Shown here: in pieces, positions 20,526-29,470 of the stretch
Numbering within the stretch: position 1 is the first letter of the stretch
Layout of the letters: the number at the start of each line of letters is the position of its first letter
Source of the DNA: Thermodesulfobacteriota bacterium
Lineage (GTDB): Bacteria; Desulfobacterota; Desulfarculia; JACQYL01
NCBI GenBank assembly: GCA_963675595.2
Contig: CAXXLZ010000002.1
Span: 2,816,001-2,880,000, forward strand
Direction: 5' to 3'
Length of the DNA stretch: 64,000 nucleotides
Notes under the pieces: model-generated
The model's database searches: none
Told to the model about the DNA's origin: nothing
Seen by the model: only the letters and a program-made list of their open reading frames with translations
Program-made: the position numbers and the translations under genes

Positions 20526-21710
20526 ATGTCCAAAGCCGATACAAAATCCGAACTTTCCCACATCGCCCCTCCGACGATCCTCATTGTGGAAGATGAAGTG
20601 ATTGTGGCCATGCTCCTTAAGGAGCAACTCGAACAGCTCGGGTACCGGGTAAGCGGATACGTCATGAAGGCCGAAGAGGCCCTCCGTCGCATTGAGGAAG
20701 ACAAGCCCGACTTGGTGTTGATGGACATTACCTTGCCGGGATCCATGGACGGCATCGAGGCGGCTGAGCTGGTCCAGAGCCGCTTCCATATCCCGGTGGT
20801 CTTTTCCACAGGACACTCCGACGAAGAAACGATCAGGAGAGCCAAGGCGGTGCTCCCTTTCGGCTTCCTGGTGAAGCCGTACCGCAATTCGGAACTGAAG
20901 GTGGCCGTCGATCTGGCCCTTTACGCTAATCGTGCGGACGCCCTGCGGCGGGCGGAAGAGGAAAGACTTCGAGCCAACGGGCGGACCCTCAGTGCGCTCC
21001 TCAACGTACCTTACGCTCAGTTCATGCTTCTCGACCGGCAAGGAAGGATTCTCTCCATGAATCGTCCGGCCATGGACCAGCTGGGAAAGGACGTGAGCGA
21101 GGTTCGGGGAAAGCCGGCTGCGGACTTCCTGTCCCCGGAGCCGTCGGAACTCCGACGCGCCAAGGCTCGGGAAGTGCTGGCCACGGGCAGGCCGGTTCAT
21201 TTCGAGGACCATGTCTTTCAACGAATCCTCGAAACCGACATTTTTCCCGTGTTCTCCCAAGGAGATACGGTTTCTCAACTTGCGGTGTTCTGGCGGGACG
21301 TCACCAAGGAAAAAGAAGCGACCCGAGCCCTCCGGGATGCGGAGCGGAAGTACCGGGCTTTGGTGGAAAACGTGTTCGAGGGCATCCTGGTACTGCTGGA
21401 CGGCCGGATCGTCTTCCACAATCCCAAAGCCGTCGAAATCCTCGAGTACCCCTCCGACGGTCTGCACGGGACCCCTCTGTTGGAACTCGTTCATCCCGAG
21501 GACAGAAACCGGATGAATTCGACTCTCTTTCCGGAAGACGACACGGCAACCGTGGAAGAAGAAATGCAGTTTCGTTTTCTGGATCGGCACGGATCCGAAC
21601 AACGGATGGAGACCCGAAGGGTGTGGATTCCCTGGGAGGCCGAAAAGGCCCTGATGGTGATCCTCCGTCCTTTGAAGAACGGGAAGACCTCGAACTCGCA
21701 GGTTGTCTAA
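20526..21710 (+). CDS. response regulator receiver + two PAS domains
   Basis: ILIVEDE, VLMDI, FLVKP then two PAS-like segments; no output domain; start ATG 20526. Confidence 0.85.
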   Translation: MSKADTKSELSHIAPPTILIVEDEVIVAMLLKEQLEQLGYRVSGYVMKAEEALRRIEEDKPDLVLMDITLPGSMDGIEAAELVQSRFHIPVVFSTGHSDEETIRRAKAVLPFGFLVKPYRNSELKVAVDLALYANRADALRRAEEERLRANGRTLSALLNVPYAQFMLLDRQGRILSMNRPAMDQLGKDVSEVRGKPAADFLSPEPSELRRAKAREVLATGRPVHFEDHVFQRILETDIFPVFSQGDTVSQLAVFWRDVTKEKEATRALRDAERKYRALVENVFEGILVLLDGRIVFHNPKAVEILEYPSDGLHGTPLLELVHPEDRNRMNSTLFPEDDTATVEEEMQFRFLDRHGSEQRMETRRVWIPWEAEKALMVILRPLKNGKTSNSQVV

Positions 21711-21806
21711 CGGCACAGCCGGTGTTGATCGATGCTCTTGATTTTCTTCAAAGAGGGTCGGGTGGAGAACTCCGAAGTTTCGCCGGAAAAACTCCCGAGC
21801 CGGGAT

Positions 21807-22136
21807 TTAATCGCCGGGACTTCCTTCTTTTCGGGGAAGCTTGATCACCCGAATGGGCCGCTTGTTGAACTTCTGGCCCACCTTGCTCATGAGAAGGCTC
21901 TTGAGACTGTCTTTGGCCTTCTTGGCATCATCCTGGGAAATAAAATACGCCCGCAGTCCCTCAATGGTCGGATAGGCCTGATCGATAGGATCCCAGCGGT
22001 TTCTGTCCACTTTGGCCTCGACCGCGTAGAAAGCCTCGGCTCTCCGCACCGCCAAGAGACAAACGTCGCCCAACTCGCGCTCCAGGATGCGAATCTTAGC
22101 CAGCTGCTCTTCGGTCAATTCCAGGAAATGCGCCAT
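21807..22136 (-). CDS. hypothetical protein
   Basis: 109-aa ORF, 20 nt downstream of and co-directional with the NifA-like gene. Confidence 0.6.
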   Translation of the reverse strand: MAHFLELTEEQLAKIRILERELGDVCLLAVRRAEAFYAVEAKVDRNRWDPIDQAYPTIEGLRAYFISQDDAKKAKDSLKSLLMSKVGQKFNKRPIRVIKLPRKEGSPGD

Positions 22137-22155
22137 ATCGAACCCTTGCGGAACC

Positions 22156-23715
22156 CTATGAAGCGGCGGTCCTGGAACTTTCTTCCGCCCTGAAATGATC
22201 GAAAGGGATTCCGTATTTCTTGACTTTGTATTGGATGATTCGTTTGGTTGTGCCGAGCCGCCGGGCGGCTTTTGTCTGGTTGCCCCGGCATTCTTTCAGC
22301 GCTTCCGTGATGAGTTCCGTCTCATACGCGGCCAGCAGCTGCTTCAATTCTCCCTTCGGAGGGCCTTTCACGGACCGGAACGAACTCTGAACGGCCGGCG
22401 GCAGATGCTTCGGCTCGATGGCGTCCCCAGGAGCCAGCAGCACGGCCCTCTCGATGTAATTCTCGAGTTCGCGGACATTCCCCGGCCATCGATAGGCCGT
22501 CAAAAGATCAAGAGCCGCGGCGGAAAAACCGGTTACGTGCTTTTGCATTTGTGCCGCGTACTTCGCCAGGAAATGCTCCGCAAGAACCAACACATCTCCC
22601 CCCCGCTCCCTCAAAGGAGGGGCCGGAATGGGAAAGACATTGAGGCGATAATACAAGTCCGATCGGAATTTGCCTTTTTCCATGAGCCGGGTCAAGTCCT
22701 GATTCGTGGCAGCCACCACGCGAACGTCCACCTTGATGGTCTTGGACGATCCGATGCGCTGAATTTCCCCCTCCTGCAAAACCCGAAGCAGTTTGGCCTG
22801 GGCCAAGGGTGAAAGTTCTCCCACTTCATCAAGAAAAATGGTACCCCCGTTGGCCGCCTCGAACCGACCGGGATTCGAACTCACCGCTCCGGTAAACGCG
22901 CCTCTGATATGTCCAAAAAGCTCGCTCTCTATGAGAGTTTCAGGTAAAGCGGCGCAGTTGACTTTGATCAACGGTTTTTCGGCACGGGAACTAAGCTGAT
23001 GAATATTTTCCGCGATCAGCTCCTTGCCTGTGCCGGTTTCCCCCGAGATCAGCACGGTAGTTCGGCTGTCCGCCACCTGTGCCGTCAATCCCTTGATCTC
23101 TTTCATGCGCTTTGAATTGCCGATCATCGAGCCGATATTGGGCCGCGTCTCAGAAAGCATTCTCTTCAGCTGCGCGTTTTCCTCCACCACCGATCGAGTA
23201 TATACCTTCCTGGCGATGAGTTCCGCCACGGCCGACAGGAATTTCACTTCCAGCCGAAGGTCCGAAATCAGCCTGGACACCTTGTCCGTGGAGATCACCC
23301 CTACAACGTCTCCTTCATAGATAATCGGCACGCACATAAAGGCCAGTTCGGTTCGATCCACGGTGCGGCGCGCACCCGTTCTATCCAGGAATAGGGGTTC
23401 TTTGTCCAAATTGAAGAAGGCCATGGGCCTGCCGGTCTTGGCCACCTGGCCCGTCACGCCTTCTCCCAGCAGGTATCGACCACGCAATTTCTCATCCGGC
23501 CCTAAGCCGAGCCCCACCACCAGATGGACCTCGTCCAGGTCGCGACGGAGTACGGAGATCATGCCTCGCTCAAGGCCCACACCGTCACGCAACAGCTCAA
23601 GCACCCGACGAAAGGACGACTCGAGGTCCTCCGACGTACTGATGGCCCGCGCGATTCCGTAGAGCGTGGCCAATTCCTCGAAACTGAAAGGTTCCATGAA
23701 GATTTCTTTTTCCAC
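22156..23715 (-). CDS. NifA-like GAF-domain sigma-54 transcriptional activator
   Basis: GAF (GEGVTGQVAKTG, FLDRTGAR, FMCVPI), [27 protein letters not shown]; start 23715 (GTG) or 23697 (ATG). Confidence 0.9.
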   Translation of the reverse strand: MEKEIFMEPFSFEELATLYGIARAISTSEDLESSFRRVLELLRDGVGLERGMISVLRRDLDEVHLVVGLGLGPDEKLRGRYLLGEGVTGQVAKTGRPMAFFNLDKEPLFLDRTGARRTVDRTELAFMCVPIIYEGDVVGVISTDKVSRLISDLRLEVKFLSAVAELIARKVYTRSVVEENAQLKRMLSETRPNIGSMIGNSKRMKEIKGLTAQVADSRTTVLISGETGTGKELIAENIHQLSSRAEKPLIKVNCAALPETLIESELFGHIRGAFTGAVSSNPGRFEAANGGTIFLDEVGELSPLAQAKLLRVLQEGEIQRIGSSKTIKVDVRVVAATNQDLTRLMEKGKFRSDLYYRLNVFPIPAPPLRERGGDVLVLAEHFLAKYAAQMQKHVTGFSAAALDLLTAYRWPGNVRELENYIERAVLLAPGDAIEPKHLPPAVQSSFRSVKGPPKGELKQLLAAYETELITEALKECRGNQTKAARRLGTTKRIIQYKVKKYGIPFDHFRAEESSRTAAS

Positions 23716-23848
23716 GGGACGTCAACTTAATACAATATGGTATCACTGTAAAGAGGGAGCACATAAATGTATCAACAAGAGTGCCACGCCTCATGCCAGA
23801 TCCCACCCAAGCCATTGATAATATGATACTTATTACATTCCCCGCTCA

Positions 23849-23864
23849 TGGCACACCATTTGCT
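23849..23864 (+). promoter_or_regulatory. sigma-54 -24/-12 promoter
   Basis: TGGCACACCATTTGCT matches TGGCAC-N5-TTGCW exactly; upstream of glutamate synthase genes. Confidence 0.8.
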
Positions 23865-23873
23865 TCTTCACTT

Positions 23874-23976
23874 AAGGCTCAAATGGATGGAGGTGGTGTT
23901 CGAGCTTTGTCCGCTTGATTCGAATCACTTCTCCGTTCAATGCACCGCTTTCCGGAACGGCCGCCTCGGGCCTTTT
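23874..23976 (+). ncRNA. candidate sigma-54-dependent structured sRNA or leader
   Basis: Starts at expected TSS; AAGGCTC (23874-80) pairs with GGGCCTT (23968-74), which runs into a T4 tract; internal long GU-rich hairpin 23884-23939. Confidence 0.35.
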
Positions 23977-24174
23977 GGGAAGCCGGGAAGCCGGGTTTCC
24001 CGTGGCACCCGTTTGCATTGCGTCCGATTTTGGAATATAGGGTCATGCGTTCGTAGCCCGGATGACGGGTTCTATACCCACATTCCTACGGAATGGTAGG
24101 AAACCTACCTACTCCGCCGTAGGCAAAGGGGCGAAGCCCCTGATCAGGTAACATCCGACGAAGGTGAGAAATCA

Positions 24175-25311
24175 ATGTGCCGCCTTTTTGCTTTTACTTC
24201 ATACGAGCCCTTGTCTCCCATGCGAGCCATCGATGCGCTCAACGTGATGAAGGAAGGTCACGACGGCTCCGGGGTGGGGCTGTACATGGCCGACTTGGGA
24301 GGTGAGTTCGAAGGGTACAAGGGACTTCCCATCCTGTCCGGCATCGTCACTCTCGAGGGATTAGGCAAGCTGGATCAGTACATGTTCGAAAAAGGCTTCA
24401 TGCCCATGCACCAGTTGTCTTTCGAGCCCGGCAGGACCCCTCCTCCCCTGACGCCCAAGCGTTACACCTACCTCGTGCGGGTCTACGATATTCCCCGGGA
24501 GTGGAAGTCCCTTTCGGAACAGGAACGGAGCGACCGATTGCTCCAAACCCGGCTCCACTTGCGAAAGATGGGCCTGGAAGACGATTCCATCATCGTGTAC
24601 TCGTTCTGGCCGGACAGCATCATGATCAAGGAAATCGGGGATCCCGTGGAAGTAGCCCGATACCTGGGACTTGACCGGGAAGGCCTGACCGCGCGTACGG
24701 TTATGGCTCAGGGACGCCAGAACACCAACTACGACATCACCCTGTACGCATGCCACCCCTTTTTCCTTCAGGGGTACGCCACGATGACCAATGGAGAGAA
24801 CACGGCATTCGTACCCATTCGGGAGTACCTGACGTCGAGGGGATTTCCCGGATACGTGGGGTACTCTTCGGACTCCGAGGTATTCTGTCATATTCTGCAT
24901 TATGTGCACAAGCGTCTCGGCATGAGCCTCGAAGCCTACAAACATACGATTACTCCTTTGAAGGATGAAACGTTGCGTCGCCACCCCGACGGTGACACGC
25001 TGCGCATGATGAAACACACTCTTCGTCCGTTGATCATCGACGGTCCCAACATGGTGATCGGCTGCCTGCCGGACCACACCATGTTTATGGTGCAGGACAG
25101 CAAGAAGCTGAGGCCCGGCGTGTGCGGCGGAAGGCCGGGGCTGTTCGCCTTCTCCTCGGAAATGTGCGGCCTCGAGTATATGATTCCCAATCGGGACCGG
25201 GAGCGGGACGTCCAGCCCATGGGGGCGGACATGGTGGTGGTGGATAGGGCAAGGAAGGAGATGCGGATTTGGAGTCAATGGGATCGTTACGCATTACGCC
25301 GAGCAGCCTGA
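24175..25311 (+). CDS. glutamate synthase amidotransferase subunit (class II GATase; split GltB domain 1)
   Basis: N-terminal MCRL (catalytic Cys), GHDGSG, GRQNTN, ACHPF, NGENT, SDSEVF, KKLRP. Confidence 0.9.
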   Translation: MCRLFAFTSYEPLSPMRAIDALNVMKEGHDGSGVGLYMADLGGEFEGYKGLPILSGIVTLEGLGKLDQYMFEKGFMPMHQLSFEPGRTPPPLTPKRYTYLVRVYDIPREWKSLSEQERSDRLLQTRLHLRKMGLEDDSIIVYSFWPDSIMIKEIGDPVEVARYLGLDREGLTARTVMAQGRQNTNYDITLYACHPFFLQGYATMTNGENTAFVPIREYLTSRGFPGYVGYSSDSEVFCHILHYVHKRLGMSLEAYKHTITPLKDETLRRHPDGDTLRMMKHTLRPLIIDGPNMVIGCLPDHTMFMVQDSKKLRPGVCGGRPGLFAFSSEMCGLEYMIPNRDRERDVQPMGADMVVVDRARKEMRIWSQWDRYALRRAA

Positions 25312-26909
25312 GCGTCAAGGACCTGCCTTGGCAGGTTCACTGGGACCAGGACAAGTGCACCCTGTGCGGACGATGCACCTCGGTGTGCCCGGTCCGCGCC
25401 ATAGAACTTGGGGTATTCCGCAAACGCATCGTCCAGGTGGACGTGAACGACCGGAGCGCGGCGTCGAACGTTTACAAAGTCTTCTACGGCGTGAAACAGC
25501 AGACGGATCCGGCTCATGCCTGTATCGGTTGCGCCATGTGCGATCTGGTGTGTCCCAACCGGGCCATCCGCCCCATGCGTGCCGACGATGCGGACAAGTT
25601 GAGGTTCCACATCAATCAGGGAGGGGAGCCCAGAAAACGCGGCGGTCGAAGGAACGTCGCGGGCACCCTGCTGGATCATATCAAATTCACGAGAATTTCG
25701 ATGCTTACGGACCCCGCTTTGGACGCGGGGAGGCATGAATTCGAATTGCGGACGCTCTTGGGCCGCGTTCTTTCACCCGAAAGCATGATGGCCCACTTGG
25801 ACGAAGAAGGCTACGCTCTTCCGGTGCGGGAAATCTATCCGTTGATCATCGGAAGCATGTCTTTCGGAGCCCTCTCTCCCACCATGTGGGAGGGACTTCA
25901 GATGGGCATCGCCTATTTGAACGAAGAACTGGGGATGCCGGTGCGCATGGTAAGCGGAGAAGGCGGAGTGCCTCGACGCTTTCTCAAGTCCCGGTTCCTC
26001 AAATACATGATTCTGCAAATCGCCAGCGGTTATTTCGGCTGGGACGAAATCCTTCACGCCATTCCGCATATGAAGGAAGACCCCTGCGCCATAGAAATCA
26101 AATATGGGCAGGGGGCCAAACCCGGCGATGGCGGTCTTTTGATGTGGTACAAAGTCAACAAGCTGATCTCCGCCATTCGCGGCGTTCCCATGGCCATCAG
26201 CTTGCCGAGTCCGCCCACGCACCAGACCAAGTACTCCATCGAAGAAGCCGTGGCCAAGATGATCCAGTCCATGTACATGACCTGGGGCTTCCGCGTGCCG
26301 GTGTATCCCAAGATCTCCGCCACGAAAACCTCTCTGGCCGTGCTCAACAATCTCGCCCGGAACTCTTTCGCCGGCGGATTGGCCATCGACGGCGAGGACG
26401 GCGGCACCGGCGCGGCTTACGACGTCTCCTTGAACGCCATGGGCTATCCCATCGCGAGCAACATCCGCGATGCCTACCTGAACCTTGTCGCCATCGGCAA
26501 ACAGAACGAATTGCCCCTTTTTGCCGCGGGCGGCGTGGGAAAGAGCGGCAACTTGGCCGCCAATGCCGCCGCTTTGATCATGTTGGGCGCGAGCGGGGTC
26601 CAGATCGGCAAGTACGTCATGCAGGCGGCCGCCGGTTGCCTGGGCGCCGAATCGGACCGATGCAACATCTGCAACATCGGTCTTTGCCCCAAGGGGATCA
26701 CATCTCAGGATGCGCGCATCTACCGAAGGCTCGACCCCGAGCAGGTGGCGGAACGCTTGGTGGATATGTTCGAGTCGTTCGATACGGAACTACGAAAAAT
26801 CGTAGCCCCTCTGGGTCGCTCCACATCGCTTCCCATAGGCATGTCGGACGCTTTGGGCATTGGAGACGCCCATGCGGCGGAACGATTGAAGATTTCGTAT
26901 GTTTGCTAG
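25278..26909 (+). CDS. glutamate synthase FMN-binding subunit with N-terminal 2x[4Fe-4S] (split GltB domain 2)
   Basis: CTLCGRCTSVCP, CIGCAMCDLVCP, MSFGALS, SGEGG, QIASG, GQGAKPGDGG, GGTGAA, CPKGITSQD; ATG 25278 after GGAG. Confidence 0.9.
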   Translation: MGSLRITPSSLSVKDLPWQVHWDQDKCTLCGRCTSVCPVRAIELGVFRKRIVQVDVNDRSAASNVYKVFYGVKQQTDPAHACIGCAMCDLVCPNRAIRPMRADDADKLRFHINQGGEPRKRGGRRNVAGTLLDHIKFTRISMLTDPALDAGRHEFELRTLLGRVLSPESMMAHLDEEGYALPVREIYPLIIGSMSFGALSPTMWEGLQMGIAYLNEELGMPVRMVSGEGGVPRRFLKSRFLKYMILQIASGYFGWDEILHAIPHMKEDPCAIEIKYGQGAKPGDGGLLMWYKVNKLISAIRGVPMAISLPSPPTHQTKYSIEEAVAKMIQSMYMTWGFRVPVYPKISATKTSLAVLNNLARNSFAGGLAIDGEDGGTGAAYDVSLNAMGYPIASNIRDAYLNLVAIGKQNELPLFAAGGVGKSGNLAANAAALIMLGASGVQIGKYVMQAAAGCLGAESDRCNICNIGLCPKGITSQDARIYRRLDPEQVAERLVDMFESFDTELRKIVAPLGRSTSLPIGMSDALGIGDAHAAERLKISYVC

Positions 26910-27064
26910 GGAATGGTCGGACGCCGTCCTGAATCGTCATGGCGTATAGTCCCACCCCGATAAGCGATTGCGGAAAGGAGAACGGCCTGAAGCGGGAATC
27001 CGGCGGCCTGTCCGGCGTCGAAGGAGAGGCCCCTTGATCCGGGACTCCGCTGGGCTCGAATGAT

Positions 27065-29383
27065 ATGCAGTCCTTTTATAAAATATCCGGTTTCAAAGAG
27101 GGAAGCCGCGTCAGTTCCAGAGACCTTGAAGAAGGAATCCAGGAAGCCATCCGTGAAGGACGCCTCAACCTGGAAATCGACGCGCACGGCCAGCACGGCA
27201 TCGGAGGTCGTCTCTGGAAAGCGGGCAACCGCAAAGTCCACGTCCGCGTCACTGGATTTCCCGGCCAACGTTTGGGCGCCATGGGCTTTCCCAACACCAC
27301 CATCGAATGCATGGGGCCGGCTTCGGACGATACCGGCTGGCTTAACGTGGGGGCGGAGATCATCATTCACGGGGATGCCACCAACGGTACCGCCAACGCC
27401 ATGGCCCAAGGCAAGATCTATGTGGGGGGCCGAATCGGCGCGCGCGGCATGACCATGACCAAGTTCAACCCCAGGTTCGATCCCCCGGAACTGTGGGTTT
27501 TGGGGTCCGCCGGCGATTCCTTCGCGGAATTCATGGCCGGGGGAATCGCCGTTGTTTGCGGCGTCAATCCCCATGATCGAAGAAAGGTACTTGGTTACCG
27601 ACCCTGCGTCGGCATGGTGAGCGGCAAGATTTTTTTCAGGGGTCCCCAGGAAGCCGTGAGCCAGCACGATGTGAAGCAGGTGGATCTGGACGACGAGAAC
27701 TGGCATTGGCTGGAGGAAAGGATTCCGATCTTTCTGAAGAAGATCCGTCGGGAAGACCTGCTCAACACCCTGCTGAATCGGTCCGAATGGCAATACATCA
27801 CCGACAAGACGGCTTTTGAGAAGAAGAAGAAAGCTCGTCGCGCCATGGCCGACTTCCGACACAAGGTGTGGGAATCGGAGTTGGGATCCGGAGGAATGAT
27901 TGGAGACATTGTGGATCAGGCTGATCCCATTCCCCTCATCGTCACGGGAGATCTCCGCCGATTCGCCCCCGTTTGGGAGCACGCCAAAGCCATGCCTCCC
28001 TGTCAGTTCCATTGCCCTTCCGGTATCCCGGTTCACCGACGCTGGTCGCTGGTTCGCAATGGTCAACTTCAGGAGGCCTTGGATTTGTCCTTGCAGTACA
28101 GCCCTCTGCCTGCAACGGTATGCGGTTACCTGTGTCCGAATCTGTGCATGCAGAACTGCACGAGGAAACAAAGTCTCATGGACCCGGTGGACGTTTCCGC
28201 CCTGGGCCAGGCAAGCATCAAAGCGATCCCGCCGGAACCGGCTCCCCCGACCAACCATTCCGTGGCGGTAATCGGAAGCGGCCCCGCGGGGCTTTCCGTA
28301 GCGTGGCAACTCGCCCTCAAAGGACATCGCGTGACCGTGGTGGATCGGGAACCCAATCTTGGCGGTAAACTCAAGGCCGTCATCCCGGTGGAGCGCATAC
28401 CGGAGGAAGTTCTCGACGCCGAATTGGCGCGACTGGGCGAACTGATCGCCGAGTTTCAGTCCGGAGTCGAGGTGAATGCCGAGGTTTTCGATAATCTCAA
28501 GCGCACACACGAATATATCGTCATCGCCGTAGGAGCCAACGCACCCAAGACCCTGCCCATTCAGGGCGGAGAGCGAGCCGTGACCTCCCTCGAGTTCCTT
28601 CGCAAAGCGAGAAGCGGAGGCGTGATGAACGTGGGAAACGACGTGGTCATCATCGGTGCGGGGAATGTGGGGTGTGACGTTGCCACCCAGGCCGCCCGCT
28701 ACGGCGCCAAGAACGTGGTCCTTGTCGACGTTCAGGAACCGGCTTCTTTCGGAAAGGAGCGCATGGCGGCTCAGAGTATCGGAGCCAAGTTCCTGTGGCC
28801 GAAGTTCGTTGAAAGAATTACGCCGGATGCCGTGCAGTTCAAAGATGGTGATCGTCTTCTCGCCGATACCGTGGTGGTTTCCATTGGCGACGTTCCGGTG
28901 TTGGACTTCATTCCCGAGACGGTGGTTACGGAAAGAGGACACATCAAGGTGGACGAAACGGCTCAAACCAGCGATCCGCAGGTGTTCGCCATCGGAGACG
29001 TGGTCAAGCCCGGCCTGATTACGGACGCCATCGGTATGGGCCGAATCGCGGCGGAAAAGATCGATGCTCTGCTCAAAGGCGAAGCTTACAGCGTCCCCAC
29101 CAAGACGAAGGCGGACACTTCTCTGGTGCAGCCCTCTTATTTTGAACCCAGGCCGACCGCCTGTGACCTGGTGAGCCAAGCCAACTCGTGCGCCTCCTGC
29201 GGCACGTGCAGAGACTGCGGAATCTGCCAAACCATCTGTCCCACTTCCGCCATTGATCGGCGAGAAGAGGACGGCGATCCCATCCTGTCCTGTAACCCGG
29301 ACCGGTGCATTGGTTGTGGATTCTGCGTGGCCGCCTGCCCGTGCGGCATCTGGAGGCTGGAAGAGAACACGGCCATCGGCTGA
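27065..29383 (+). CDS. GXGXG (GltB domain 3) fused to GltD-like FAD/NAD(P) oxidoreductase with ferredoxin domain
   Basis: GQHGIGG, FAEFMAGG, PCQFHCP, GSGPAG, GAGNVGCD, C-terminal CxxCxxC clusters. Confidence 0.88.
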   Translation: MQSFYKISGFKEGSRVSSRDLEEGIQEAIREGRLNLEIDAHGQHGIGGRLWKAGNRKVHVRVTGFPGQRLGAMGFPNTTIECMGPASDDTGWLNVGAEIIIHGDATNGTANAMAQGKIYVGGRIGARGMTMTKFNPRFDPPELWVLGSAGDSFAEFMAGGIAVVCGVNPHDRRKVLGYRPCVGMVSGKIFFRGPQEAVSQHDVKQVDLDDENWHWLEERIPIFLKKIRREDLLNTLLNRSEWQYITDKTAFEKKKKARRAMADFRHKVWESELGSGGMIGDIVDQADPIPLIVTGDLRRFAPVWEHAKAMPPCQFHCPSGIPVHRRWSLVRNGQLQEALDLSLQYSPLPATVCGYLCPNLCMQNCTRKQSLMDPVDVSALGQASIKAIPPEPAPPTNHSVAVIGSGPAGLSVAWQLALKGHRVTVVDREPNLGGKLKAVIPVERIPEEVLDAELARLGELIAEFQSGVEVNAEVFDNLKRTHEYIVIAVGANAPKTLPIQGGERAVTSLEFLRKARSGGVMNVGNDVVIIGAGNVGCDVATQAARYGAKNVVLVDVQEPASFGKERMAAQSIGAKFLWPKFVERITPDAVQFKDGDRLLADTVVVSIGDVPVLDFIPETVVTERGHIKVDETAQTSDPQVFAIGDVVKPGLITDAIGMGRIAAEKIDALLKGEAYSVPTKTKADTSLVQPSYFEPRPTACDLVSQANSCASCGTCRDCGICQTICPTSAIDRREEDGDPILSCNPDRCIGCGFCVAACPCGIWRLEENTAIG

Positions 29384-29470
29384 ACGGCGGCGGAGGCTTT
29401 CGGTTGCAGGCCGTGCCGAAACCGTACCCGACCGGAACGAACGACTTGAGATCAGGACAAAGTACTGCTT

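Noticed and set aside
23771-23786. Minus-strand sigma-54 promoter TGGCACTCTTGTTGAT for the NifA-like gene
   Set aside because: -12 element reads GA, not GC; too weak to call
24003-24017. Second sigma-54 promoter TGGCACCCGTTTGCA
   Set aside because: GG-to-GC spacing is one base short of the strict requirement
23848-24099. 83-aa ORF in the glutamate synthase leader
   Set aside because: Start codon lies within the sigma-54 promoter, no RBS, no protein-like features
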